Positions 46,018 to 59,000 of a DNA stretch of 64,000 nucleotides are shown one piece after another. The stretch comes from Azolla caroliniana (taxonomy: Eukaryota; Plantae; Polypodiophyta). The stretch is taken from positions 8,804,001 through 8,868,000 of the forward strand of contig JBHGNT010000021.1 of NCBI GenBank assembly GCA_043228905.1, read 5' to 3'. Positions within the stretch are counted from its first letter, which is position 1; every line of letters begins with the position of its first letter. The notes under the pieces are model-generated. The model searched no databases and had not been told where the DNA came from. It saw only the letters and a list, made by a program, of their open reading frames with translations. Position numbers and translations under genes: made by a program.

Positions 46018-48640
46018 AAGGGCCACAACACATAAGGTAGGAGCCTTGGCCAGTTGTCGACTTGTCCTTCGCATGCACGTACTATGGCCTTTACGATTGG
46101 CTCGTGACCCCACTCAACCTTCCCGTTTACCTTCGGGTTGTATGCTGTTGTGAGGGACAACTTGACCCCTAGCCGGTCAAATAGCTCCTCGGCCTCCTCT
46201 GCATCCAGCTCTCTGCGGTTGGCCACAATCTTTCCCACGCACCCGTATCGACAAATGACATCTTCAATTAGAAACTTGCATATGGTCGCGGTGGTCTTGT
46301 TCGTCAATGCCCAACCTTCCACCTGATTCGTCAGATCTTCCCTCGCTAGGACAAGGTACCGCATTTGCCCTACTGCCATCGGCATCATCACCAAGTCGAC
46401 CATCCACTTGAAGTGTATGGTTGGCGGGTAGGTCGGATGTAGCTCGTCGTGGTATCGAACGTCGACATGAAGTGGTACACGTCCTTGTACATTCCCGACC
46501 ACCAGTACTTCTCCTTTAGCTTCTTGAATGTGGCCCATGTACCCCAATGTCCGGACCAAGGGCTCTCGTGGAACTCCGTCATCAGCGTTGTTTGGTCTTC
46601 AATTCGTATCACTACTCAGAGTGGCGCGTCGTTCCACTTCTTTGGATGTCGCCAAATTTTTCCGCTTCGTAGGAAGAATTTGTGCACCTTCTTTCGGAGT
46701 CGACTCTCTTCCTCCATTGTCCATGACGCGTCCGCCGTCATCGTGCTTAAGAATCTTCCGATTAGAAGCCACTCCCCATCGTAGTCGTTCTCGTTGAACT
46801 CATTCAGGGGGGGAGTGCTTCGCCTGTTTACCATCATCCGGGCCGATTTGAAGAAGTCTGCGTCGATTTCTTCGTTTTCCGACACCATGTTGTCCTCGTT
46901 CTCGAACCTCACTCTTGAAAGCATGTTAGCCATGGCATTCTCCTTTCTAAAAATATGTCATATTTCCGGGTTCAGGGACTTGATGTATGCAATCCATCTA
47001 AGCATCGCCAGATCCGGAGTTGCGCATCCAAAAACCATACCGAGAATTGGTAGGCAGTTTGTCTCGGTAATCACTTCTGTCTTGATTAAGTAGTCCTTGT
47101 CAACCTTAGCCACCGAAACGATACCCCATAGTTTGTGCCTAACTTGGGCATATCCTTTCTGTCGCTTGCTCAGCACCATCACGCTGAACCAGATGGGAAA
47201 ACGCACGTCATTCTCATCTTCCTTATTTATGACCCATCCGATTCAGGCCGGGCTGGTGTCCACTATGATGTAAATCGGAGTGTCCGGTTTGTAGGCGGCT
47301 TTCCATACAGCCGGTGTAGTCGTCAGCATTTCCTTTAGTCTCTGGACCGCCTCCGTGTGTTCTTCGCCCCATTCGTACTTCCTGCCTTTATTTAGCAAGC
47401 CATAGAGCAGCTCGGCAATATGCGCACAATGCAGAATCTAGATATGGTAGAAGGCGCATGCTCCCAAGAACTGCCGAACCTCCATGATGGATCCACACTC
47501 TTCTTTCATGGCCTAGATGGCCTCTACCTTCGTTAGGGATGGTTTTCGGCCATATGGCTCGCACAGGTGGCCAACCACTAAGATCTCTAGTTGCCCGAAA
47601 GCCAACTTCTCCCCGGAGAAGGTAAGTTGAGCGCCCTCAAGCCTCTGCAATATCTTTTCGCAGTCGGAGATGTGGTCCACGACAAACCTTCGGCATCCTT
47701 TTGCTTCAATCGACTCGTCCTTTGTGTCCTCCGGACACCCCTTGATAGGAACGTTGTCCAAGAATGGCATGGTGATGTCTGGGATGCAATACCTCAATAC
47801 TTTTTTCATCGCATTCACCATGTGTGCCACCGAATTGGTCCCTCCTTGCAGTAGGGTAGACATTTGAACTAGGCCAAGAGGAGTTCGCCTCGTCGTGATG
47901 TCCCTACTTTCGATGGCTAGTTGGAATTGGTCGTACCCCAAATATAGGCCTTCGACCAAGTATATGGACCTTCCCGCAAAGGCCTCCGCGAATTCGTCGA
48001 TTGACAACCCGACTCTCGTATTGTGAATGGTCACTTTATTCATCAACTGCAAGTCCTGAATGAAGCGCAATGAGCCGTTCTTCTTCGGTACCGTAAACCA
48101 CCAATTTGAGTAAGGGGCGCTCGACGGTTCGAGGATACCCATCTCCACCTTCTGCTTCAGTAGTTCCATCAACTTCGAGATGTGAGCTCTTGGTACCTGA
48201 ATTGGCTTGAAACTCCACCGCACATGCGGTACCGTGAAGATTACCATCGGTTCCATGATCATTGGGTCAAAGCACCATATTTCCCCCCGCAAGAATGTGA
48301 AGGCTTTCTCGTGCCTTCCGAGCATGCTCCGAAATAGGTCCTCCTCCACCAACAGAAGGAAGCCACCCCCACCGATCTTCAGCTCCCGTAGCGTCTCGTC
48401 GGTGAACTAGTGCCCTATGCTGACTGGATTCCGCAAACTTGGGTCTGACGCGACCCCCTTCATCCGCTCCCAACTGTACTTCGGCAAGGTATCTGCAACT
48501 GGCCTCACCTTCCGGTCCACAGTCTTGTACTTGGTATTTACTAGGGTTTCCTGAAGTCCATGATCTTCACTTAGACCCTCTTCGGATGCCATTGCGATTT
48601 CTCCAAGGTTGTCATCAAATGAGACCGCCTCCACGATGTG
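46018..48640 (-). pseudogene. pol: Gypsy E (Trp family) RT-RH-INT, degenerate
   Basis: Collinear with 54317-56011 and 60919-61900 (GGTNSVAHMVNAM, HFKWMVDLV). Confidence 0.92.
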
Positions 48641-49321
48641 GGAAGTTGGTAGGTGTATGGGTATGTGGAAGCATATGAGAACCTGTTTACTGACTCGAAA
48701 AACAACACAGAAAGGGAGGAAGGCAAAGACTTACAAAGAAACGAGCTTTAATGGAAAGCTTTATTACATTCTCTCTCTCTCTCTCTCAGAGACTTGATAT
48801 ACAATATTGTTGAGCGGCAAGCTCACCCGGAGCCGGATCGGCTGAATAAGCCTGAGCCGGTAAGCAAGAGGAATCGGTATGCCGTTGAGCAACCGAGCCG
48901 GTAAGCAGTAAGGACCGGTGAGCTGGGAGCCGGTATGCTGGATCTAATCCGTAACCGGAAGCCTAGTATAGGTTAGACTATTAAGCAGTTATAGTCTCGT
49001 AGTTAGTGTCAGCCGCTCATGTGAGCATTGAAGTACACCGTACTTCTAACAGTCCCGTGTGGACTTGTATAAATAGTGCTGATGAGCGCGTTGTAGATAC
49101 AGAGCACAGAGTATTCATATAATCTTGAAAAATAGTGTGCTTTGCTCTCTCACTCTCTGTCTCTCCCGCGTACTCTCTCTATCTCTGTATTGTTCTTTCT
49201 AACGCTTCCGAAAGCAATCTTTCACATGGTATCAGAGCGCGTGGGTTGAGAACCTCTGCTGTAGACATCTACGCTTGTGAAGGAAACCCTAAGAGATCAG
49301 AAAACAGACACAAAAGGAGAA

Positions 49322-50763
49322 ATGGACAGAGGTATGGCTACGTCGCTCCCGGTGGAGAAGCTCGACAGAACCAACTACGCATCTTGGTCATACAAGATGC
49401 ACCAGTACTTGCTTGGGCATGGCTACTGGAGTTATGTCGACGGAGTGAACGACTCAGCACTGGAGACGACACACAAGGACTTCCCAGTGTGGGAACAGGC
49501 GGCAAGCAGGGTGATGTACTGCTTCCCGTCCAGTGTTGGTGACCAGCTGCTCAGCCATATCCGTGACGCCAAGACACCAAAGGATGCTTGGGGAAACTTG
49601 AAAAAGGTCTTCACCGCAAGCACCATTGCCCGGAAGCTGCAACTCAGACAAGAGTTGAGCAATGTTCGACAGAAGAACATGTCGGTGGCAAATTACACAG
49701 ACCGAATCAAAGGGATATGTGACTCGCTTGCCTCTATTAACGTCACCGTAGAGGAAGAAGAGATGGTGCAGGTCTGTCTTGGAGACCTGGCGTCCAAGTT
49801 CGGAGCTTTCCGGACTGCGGTTTGAACAAGGGAGAATACACCCTCATTTTTCGACTTACAGTCGATGCTCCTTGTAGAGGAGAACCACGCCGGTGCATCT
49901 ACCAGTGCACCCCCAAACAGCCGGATGTTGTACATGGGAGCGGATCGGTCCCGCGGGCGTGGTGGACGAGGCAGGTCGGCACGCAATGGAGGCGGCCGGA
50001 AAGAGCAGGAACGAAGGCACAGTGAGTGTGCCGACAACAGTTCCGGGACTTCCACAAGTAGGGGGAGTCAAGGTGATGCCGGAGGCTGGCAAGACAAATC
50101 CGCTACGGAATGTTGGTACTGTGGCAAAAAGGGCCACAGGGAAAGCGAGTGCTGGAGAAAGCATGCCGATTCGGACAAATCCGGATCCAGCAAGACCGGT
50201 AAGGAAGGCTGGCAAAGCTTGCACTATGCATATAGATCAGGAGGATCCAAGAACGGTAAGGGTCGGCCGGCAAAGCTTGCACTACGCCAGCCTTGGTGAT
50301 GAAGCACAAGACAAACTGGATGAAGAAGACCACTTCCAAATTGGAGGAAGTGTGGTACGTTGACTCCGGTGTATCGAACCACATGACGAGCCACGGGGAG
50401 TGGTTCTCCTTTTTGGAGAAGCCGGATCAACCGGGAATTGTCGAAACCGGAGACGACACTCCCCACCCGATCGTGCACGTCAGAGAAGTTCCTTTGAGCC
50501 ACGTCGGACAGAGGGGGAAGCTGATGAATGTATTACATGTTCCGACGATCACGAAGAACCTGGTGTCGGTCAGACAGATCGTCGACCCGGGGATGCAGGT
50601 GCGGTTTACGCACCTCGGGTTCTTCATTGAGGATGAAGGCGAAGTTATTGCGCAAGGGCGCAGAGATGGGAGGATGTTTATCCTCAACACCAATGACGTC
50701 GGCACCACACTGTTCGCCAAAGGACAGAAGGTCGAGTCAGATATTGATCTGTGGCACAAGCGG
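49322..50763 (+). pseudogene. gag-pol: Copia B gag-PR
   Basis: CWYCGKKGHRESEC, YVDSGVSNH; stop at 49823 and frameshift near 50290. Confidence 0.9.
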
Positions 50764-51376
50764 TGTCGTGAAGAAAACCGGCCATAGGCGGAATCGGCGA
50801 GAAAGCGCATAAACCGGCCCTTACATGGATGGACGCGTGACTTGGTATTTACTACACGAATCGGTGGAGATAAATACTAAGTCGCACGCATTTATTAGGG
50901 GGGGGGGATTGTGCGTATCCCTGTCAGAGGGACAGGGAATAAAGGGAATAGGACAGGAGAAAGGAAAGATCGCGCGTTGGGGAAGAAGGGGTTGTTGCAG
51001 AACTAAGTGTCGAGCTCTCTCTTCTCCTCCTCCGGTCTTCGGTCTCTGTGGCTGTCAGGAGTTCGCTGCCTCTGCTTCGCTGACAGCCCGTGTGCTTCAA
51101 GCAGAGGCTCTCCCCCTTTTGGTTCTTGGAGTTGTGTGGCAGTCGTCTGTGTGTGTGAGTGGGACCCCGTGTCAGGCCCATTACCGGGTTGACGGCTGTA
51201 ACTGTTTCAGTTGTAAGCTATTTATTTTAGTAATTGGATTCTTATTTCTCGCTCTTAATTCTTCTCTATCTCTCTCTCTCTCTCTCCATCTCCCTCTCCT
51301 TGGTCCAAGACCCCCGTGGTCCCGCCTCTTTCTACACGCACGCGCGTAACAACGCGACATCTTTGGTGAACCCGAC

Positions 51377-54095
51377 ATGAAAGGGCGGCAAAGGAGTCGA
51401 AAGATGAGGGGATCGGAGCTAGCAGAGGCAATGGTAGTGGCCGTCGACCAACTGGTGAGCGCTCGTGAGGGAACGAGTACCCTCGATAGAGCCATTGAAT
51501 CGATCGTCGGCTCTATAGGCCGTTTCGGAGGGAAAGACGCCACAAGTTATTTGGAGGCTTACCGGGCCGAAATGATCATGAGGGATATCCCGGTGGACAG
51601 GCGGCTGTCCGGATTCCCTCGGGTGGTGACGTCGGGCATCCATGCGGAGGTGCTCGAGCTGCTGGCCGGATGCCAGACTTGGGAGGAGTTCGAGCTGCAG
51701 CTCCTCGAGAAGTACGGGTTTGACGGCTGGCTCCGGCTGTCGAGGCGGGACTTCATGGCGTGGGTGAAAAGCCCCGGAAAAGGGAGGAACACGTCGATGC
51801 TACTCTAGGAGTTCGAAAAACGGTTCGCGCAGCTATCGACGCTGGACTAGACGGTGCTCGAAACAAGTTGAGTACTGTTGTTTGTCAAGTCGGTGGATGC
51901 GCTCGACAGGGAAAAGGTGGGTCCCCATTTGGAAACGGACGAAGGGCTCACGACGGACGAGGCCGTGGTAAAACGGGTCTGTAGCCGTTTCGACAAACGG
52001 CGCAATTGGAGCGACGGAAGCACGTCGGGGTCGGGGCCGGTCCCGGGGAGGAGGCTCGAGGACCCGGTTTCGGTGTCGGCTGGAAGAGACCCGAATCTGG
52101 CCGGAGTCGGGGTCGGCATCGAACGACGTGGTCAGAGGTCCATCCGGAGGAGCGGCTCTGGAGGAGCTAACACAGATGGTGAGCGACCTGCAGATCGCAC
52201 AGGCCCGAAGAGACAGTGGTGAACAACCTCGCGACCGGAGGCTGCCGGCTGGGCAACGGTGCATGTGCATGTGGTGTGACGCGATCGGTCACATTCGGAA
52301 GGATTGCGCGGATTTCACCGACGCGCTCAGGACCAACGTGGTGTTAAACACAGTGCTCGACCGCAACCCGAGGAATAGGATCAACTCACAGAAAACAGGA
52401 AATACAAAATGCACGAGGACAATAGAGAGAAGAGTACACAGGATGTTTTACGTGGAAAACCCTAAATGGGAAAAACCACGGGAGTCCTCAGACTCCAACT
52501 ATCACTATGCACAGGGAATGTACAATGGCGAGCTGCAAGGCGACGACCTTGAGCTCGCTGTCCTCGCCACAGGCGGCGGTATTACACAGAGGCGTCGACC
52601 TCTTCCTTTCTCTCTCTCTCTCTCTCTCTCTCGACTGCTCTCACTTCGCTCCCTCTAAGTGGAAAACAGAAAAATGAGCAACAACAACAAAACTGTTTGC
52701 CCTAAGTCATATTTATACATATATGACTTTCGGGCTATTTACAAATATAGCCTAGAGGGCCCTTGGCAAACATATTCACAAATATGTCCCCGCATCCGGA
52801 TCTCTCTCCGGGTACATTCGTCATCCGGCTCCGTAGCCGGGGTCTTCATCATCCGGCTCCATAGGTCTGACCATCCCATCCGGAGGGACCGTAATCCCAA
52901 CACGTGGTGTACCTCTAGAACGGGCAGGTGCACGCGAGCGAGACCCGAAGAGCCCTGGAACTGAATACGGGGCGCGGCGGAATGAAGAGGTTGATGGAAG
53001 AGGCCGCGGCACGGCACGTCGAAGCCGTTAACTACTCAGTGTCGGCGGGAATTCGGGTCGGGGGTGATGGGACCCGAAAGGCGAAGGACTCCGGATTCTG
53101 GCCGCTAGTGCTAGAAGGCCTCTCCGGAGTTTGGCTGAGGAAGGAAGAGGCGGACCGCGCGGAACGACGGGTCCAGGAGGTCACTGGTTGGGACGATCCG
53201 GTCGAAGAGAAAACGGGCTTCGTAGAAGCCGCTTGCCAGAACTACGAGGTTCTGGTGGAGGACAAACGGGCAGGAAAGGCCGGAGGGGTTGGCCCCCCGA
53301 GGTATGAGACCTGGTTCAGACTGAAACCAACCGGTGCCGGCAACCCAGGCGTGTCGGATGGTAAGAAGCAGGCGGGGTTTCGGTTGAGCACCGAAATCGA
53401 GAGAGCAACGGACCTACGGAAGGTCCTTGAAGAGCGAATCCTCGACAGTAAAGTGGAGCTGTCGTTGTGGGAGGTGTTGGGAATCGCGAAGAGGGAGTTC
53501 CACGACTCTATCGTAGACTTGGTGAAACGGAAGAGGCTCTCGACGGAGCCGGAATGGGAGAAGCCGGTGGAGGTGCAGACCACGCACCTAGAAGACGAAG
53601 CCCATGAAGATGAGCTAGCGGGAAGCCACTACACGAAGCCGCATTGGGCCAGGGCGACTACGGAAACCCCTGTACGGATCGACAACGTTCTGGAACCGGT
53701 GGTGGCGTTGGTGGACCATGGATCCGAAATCAACCTGATGTCCATGGATTTCTACAAGAAGGGTAAATGGCCGATCAACACCAAGCATGGCTGGAAGATA
53801 CGGGCAGCGACGCGCGCCACGGAAGAACTACATGGGGCCGAACGTACAGTTGAAAATCGGCGATGTCGAGATCGACCAACACTTCTTCGTGCAGGAGACG
53901 TCCTCACATCCGGTTATACTAGGAGAGCCATATATCACGGCGGCACGGATGGAGACCAAGGTGTTGGACAACAGTTCAGCCTATGCAAGAGTCAAGAGCC
54001 AGGACGGGCGTCACTCGGTCCAGTTCCTAACGGTGCGACCAAACCACGAGCATAACCGCGAGGCCCTCGGCAGCGAAACCCGAGGGGATTTTTAG
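51377..54095 (+). pseudogene. gag: Element I gag-protease ORF (stops, solo LTR insertion, frameshift near 53840)
   Basis: Zinc knuckle CMWCDAIGHIRKDC; protease ALVDHGSEINLM...VILGEPY. Confidence 0.85.
52342..52902 (-). repeat. Copia A solo LTR, TSD cgtgg
   Basis: Reverse complement of the A LTR; cgtgg at 52337-41 and 52903-07. Confidence 0.95.
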
Positions 54096-54129
54096 AGAGG
54101 GCTATCAAGGCGTGGGGCCGCGATAGTCC
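54086..54129 (+). promoter_or_regulatory. Candidate -1 ribosomal frameshift signal
   Basis: G GAT TTT then TAG, 6-nt spacer, stem gggctatc/gatagtcc; the -1 frame is open into RT. Confidence 0.7.
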
Positions 54130-56011
54130 GGACACCCGGGAAGAACCCCACAAATGTACAGTACGGAAGAAGACTTGTACCATAGGTAGGAAATTTTGGT
54201 TCTCCGACAGCGGAGGTTGTACTATAACCAGCGTTAGCGGCAGGGAGAGGAAGCGAGCGGAGGAGCAGCTCAGGGGATGCGGAGTCCTCTTCCCCGACGA
54301 AGACATCAGCGGTGCCATGGAGGCAGTCTCTTTTGACGACACCTTGGGCGAACTACGGAAGGTGATCGGTGAAGACCTTAGAGAAGATCGGACCGTTCCG
54401 ATAGGATCGATGGGAATGTACGAAGTCATCGCGGACTTCGGGGAAAGGATCAACTCAGATCGGACGGCCTGCGTGGATGCAAAGTACAAGACTATGGACC
54501 GGAAAGTGAGGCCAATCACGGCACCCTTACCGGAGGGCAGCGAAGAGCGGATAAAAGGGGTCTCGTCGGACCCAAGTTTACGGAATCCGGACAGCATAGG
54601 GCACTGGTTCACCGACATAACGCTACGGGAGCTCAAGGTCAGTGGGGGAGGCTTCCTACTGCCTGCGGACGAGGACCGGTTTCGGAGAATGCTCGGGAGG
54701 CTTGGGAAGGCTTTCGCATTCTCACTGGAGGAGATCGGGTGCGTAGACCCGACAGTTGTCGAACCGATGGTGATCTTCACAGTACCGCATGTACCGTGGA
54801 ATCTCAAGCCGATTCCGGTGCCAAGAGCTCACATCCCGAAGTTGATGGAGCTCCTAAAGCAAAAGGTGGAGATGGGCATCCTTGAACCGTCGAGTGCCCC
54901 GTATTCGAATCGGTGGTTTACGGTGCCGAAGAAGAACGGCACGTTCCGCTTCATTCAGGACCTACAACCGGTCAACAAGGTGACCATCCGTAATCCAAGG
55001 ATTGGACCGACCATAGACGAGTTCGCGGAGGCCTTCGCTGGAAGGTCGATCTATTCTGTCGGTGATCTGTACTCGGGGTACGATCAATTCCAACTAGTCG
55101 TGGAGAGCAGAGACATTACGACGATGCGGACCCCTCTCGGCCTAGTGCGGATGTGTACCCTGCCACAAGGAGGGACAAACTCAGTGGCTCACATGGTGAA
55201 CGCGATGAACTAAGTGCTCAGGGATTGTATCCCGGACATCACCATGCCATTCTTAAACGACATCCCGATCAAGGGATGCCCGGTGGAGAAAAGGGACGAG
55301 GCAATGGGGCCAGACGGATGTCCGAATTTCGTGGCATCCCACATCTATGACTACGAGAAGGTGCTGCAGAGACTAGAACACGCGAGGCTCACCTTCTCCG
55401 GGGAAAAGTCGGCGTTCGGACAGTTGGAGATCTTGGTGGTCGGACACCTGTGCGGGCCTTACGGTAGGAAACCGTCCCCGACAAAGGTAGAGACTATCTC
55501 CGTGATGAGGAACGATTGTGGGTCGATCACGGAGGTCCGCAGATTCTTGGGGGCATGCGCGTTCTACCACATCTGGATCCCGCACTACGCACATGACGCG
55601 GAACCCCTCTACGGACTATTGAAAAAGGGGCGTAGCTTTGAGTGGAGGACAGAGCACACGGAGTCGGTTCGGAGACTAAAGGAGGCGCTTACGGCAGCGC
55701 TGGCTCTCCATAAAGCGGTTTACGGCAAGGATTTTCCCATCTGCGTAACGGTGGACACCAGCCCGACCGGGATCGGGTGGGTAATCAGTCAGGAGCACAA
55801 GGGCAGCGTACGATTCCCGATCCAGTTCGGGGCGAAGGTATTGACCGAGCGACAGCGAGGGTACGCCCAAGTTAAGCACGAACTTTGGGGTGCCGTTTCG
55901 GCAGTCAAGGCCGACAAGGATTATCTGATCGGGACGGAGGTGATCATCGAGACGGAGTGCCTGCCGATACTCGGCATGGTTTCCGGATGCGCGACGCCGG
56001 ACCTAGCAATG

Positions 56012-59000
56012 TGTTGGGATTTCGGTCCCTCCGGATGGGATGTCCGGAGATGAATGACGGCAAGCCCGGTTGCGGTTACGGAACCGGATGATGAAGAGTA
56101 CCCGGCATGAAGCCGGATGAAGAGTACCCGGCTACGGATCCGGATGATGAAGACCCCGGCTACGGAGCCAGATGCTGAAGACCCCGGCTACGGAGTCGGA
56201 TGACGAATGTACCCGGAGAGAGATCCGGATGCGGGGACATATTTGTGAATATGTTTTCCAAGGGCCCTTGAGGCTATATTTGTAAATAGCCCGAAAGTCA
56301 TATGTGTATAAATATGACTTAGGGCAAACAGTTTAGTAGTTGTTGCTCATTTTTCTGTTTTCACTTAGAGGGAGCGAAGTGAGAGCAGCCGAGAGAGAGA
56401 GTGAGAGAGAGAGAGACGAAGAGGTCGTTGCCTCTGTGTATTACCGCCGCCTGTGGCGAAGACAGTGAGCTCAAGGTTGTTGCCTTGTAGCTTCACCATT
56501 GTACATCTCTGTTTATAGTGATAGTTGGAGTTTGAGGACTCCCGTGGTTTTTTCCCATTTAGGGTTTTCCACGTAAAACATCCTGTGTACTCTTCTCTCT
56601 ATTGTCCTCGTGCACTTTGTATTTCCTGTTTTCTGTGAGTTGATCCTATTCCTCGGTTGTGGCCGAGCACTGTGTTCAACAAAGTGGTATCAGAGCGACG
56701 GTAACACAGAAAATGGAAGGCGGCGGTAGTGGGCCTCCGGGCATGATGGTGTTGAACTCACAGAACTACGCGGACTGGAAGATAAAGATGGAAGACCTTC
56801 TCATCGTCCGAGACCTGTATGAACCGATCGACAATGCCGAGATACCCAAGGGAGTAATAGAGTCGGAGTGGAAGCTCCTGAACCGGAAAGCCGTAGCGAC
56901 GATCCGGCAATATGTCGATGTAAGTGTCCTGCAACATGTGGCGAACGATACGAACGCCTATGAGATGTGGCAGAAGCTGTCCGGACTGTATGAGAGGAAG
57001 AATGCTCTGACCCGGACCTCCCTGATGAGGAAGATAGTGAATCTTAAGTACCGGGACGGCGAGAGCATGGTCGAACACGTCAGCACGTTCATGGGATTCG
57101 TGAACCAGCTTGCGGCGATCAAGTTCCCGTTGGATGACGCAATGCAAGCCATCATGCTGATATGTACCCTTCCGGAGAGCTGGGAGAACTTGGTAGTTAC
57201 TCTCAGCACCTCCTGTAAGGAAGAGAACTTGTCTTTACTAACGGTAAAGACAAGTATCCTAAATGAAGAAGCGCGTCGGAGAGATAAAGAACCGGCCTCC
57301 GACTCGAAGGCGCTGCTTACCGAATCGGAACGGGGAAGACAACGGAACCGAAGTCCGCAAAGACGGGAGAAGTCGGGGACACGGTCGCAGTCGAGGGGAA
57401 GACCTACATGCTTCTACTGTGGGAAGCCGGGGCACTTCCAGAAGAACTGTCGGCATTTCCGGAAAGACAACGAAACCGACGGTACCGATTCGAAGAAGTC
57501 ACCGGAGCGAAACGGTGCATACCGGGGAGCCGCGGACCGGAGAGGTTCGGATCGGCGAGGGCAGGACCGGAAAGGAACGACAGCACTCGCGGCAAGTGAA
57601 GAAGAGATAATGCTCATTACCGAAGAGAGGGAGCTGAACCTTGCCGGTGAAGAGATGACCTGGGTGGTCGATTCCGGAGCGTCGTTCCACCTGACCCCGG
57701 AGAAGAAATACTTCTCATCCTACACAGCCGGTGAGCACGGCTGTGTCCGGATGGGAAATGAAGGTACATGCCGGATTGCCGGCATAGGAGACGTGTGGTT
57801 GATGACATCAACCGGATGCAAGATGCTGCTGAAGGATGTTCGACACGTTCCGGAGGTTCGATAGAACCTGATTTCGGCCGGGAGGCTAGACGATGAAGGC
57901 TACACGGGTAGCATCCGGAACGGTGTCATGAAGTTCAGCAAAGGGAGCCTGATAGTGGCTCGGGCCCGGAAGGTCAACACACTGTACCTGATGAATTCCC
58001 GGCTATGTCCGGAGGAGCTGAACGTGGCAGCTGACACTACCGGTGAGCTGTGGCACAAGAGACTGTGCCACATGAGCGAGAAGGGGATGAAGAGGCTTGC
58101 CGAAGACAACCTGATACCGGTAAAGCACGTACAACTGGGGAAGTGTACCGACTGTCTGGCCGGTAAGCAAAACCGGACCTCCTTCCGCTCAAGACCACCG
58201 ATGAGACGTAGTGTACTATTGGAGTTGGTACACACTGATGTGTGTCAGGTAGAAACGAAGTCACATGGCGGAGCCCAGTACTTCGTAACATTCATAGATG
58301 ACCATAGCCGGAAGCTGTGGACGGCACCGTTGAAGACAAAGGACCAAGTATTGTCCGTCTTCAAAGAACTCCACGCGAGAGTGGAAAGGGAATCCGGCAA
58401 GAAGCTGAAAGCGATACGAGCGGATAACAGAGGGGAATACCGGGGGCAGTTCGAGGAGTACTGTCGCTCGAAGGGAATCCGGCTCGAGTTTACTGTGCCG
58501 AAGATGCCGGAACTGAATGGGCTGGCCGAGAGGATGAACCGGACCATAATGGAGAGGGTCCAGAGTATGCTGGCGCATGCGAAATTACCCAAGGGATTTT
58601 GGGCTGAGGCAATGTCGACGGCGACATACATGATAAACAGATCACCCTCAGTACCTTTGGACGGAGACACGCCGCAGAGAGTGTGGACCGGTAGGGAGGT
58701 ATCCTACCGGCACCTGAAGGTGTTCGGGTGTCTCGCATATGTGCATGTGGCAAAGGACCGGAGAGGAAAGCTAGATCCAAAGACCCGGCCATGCATATTC
58801 CTCGGTTACGGCGATGACGAGTTCGGCTACCGAGTATGGGACCCGGTCGACAAAAAGATATTCCGGAGTCGTGATATCATCTTCATGGAGGACAAGACAC
58901 TCGCCGACTGGGAGTCGGAGAAGAAGATGAAGAGCTCCAAGTCGACCGGTGAGGATCAACTCTACGAGGAGCAGTCCCGACCGGCAAGGGACCGGTTAGC

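Noticed and set aside
51330-51345. U5 ACACGCA pairing with the tRNA-Trp T-arm
   Set aside because: Only 6-7 nt, inside a low-complexity CA/CG tract, and not uniform across the LTRs.
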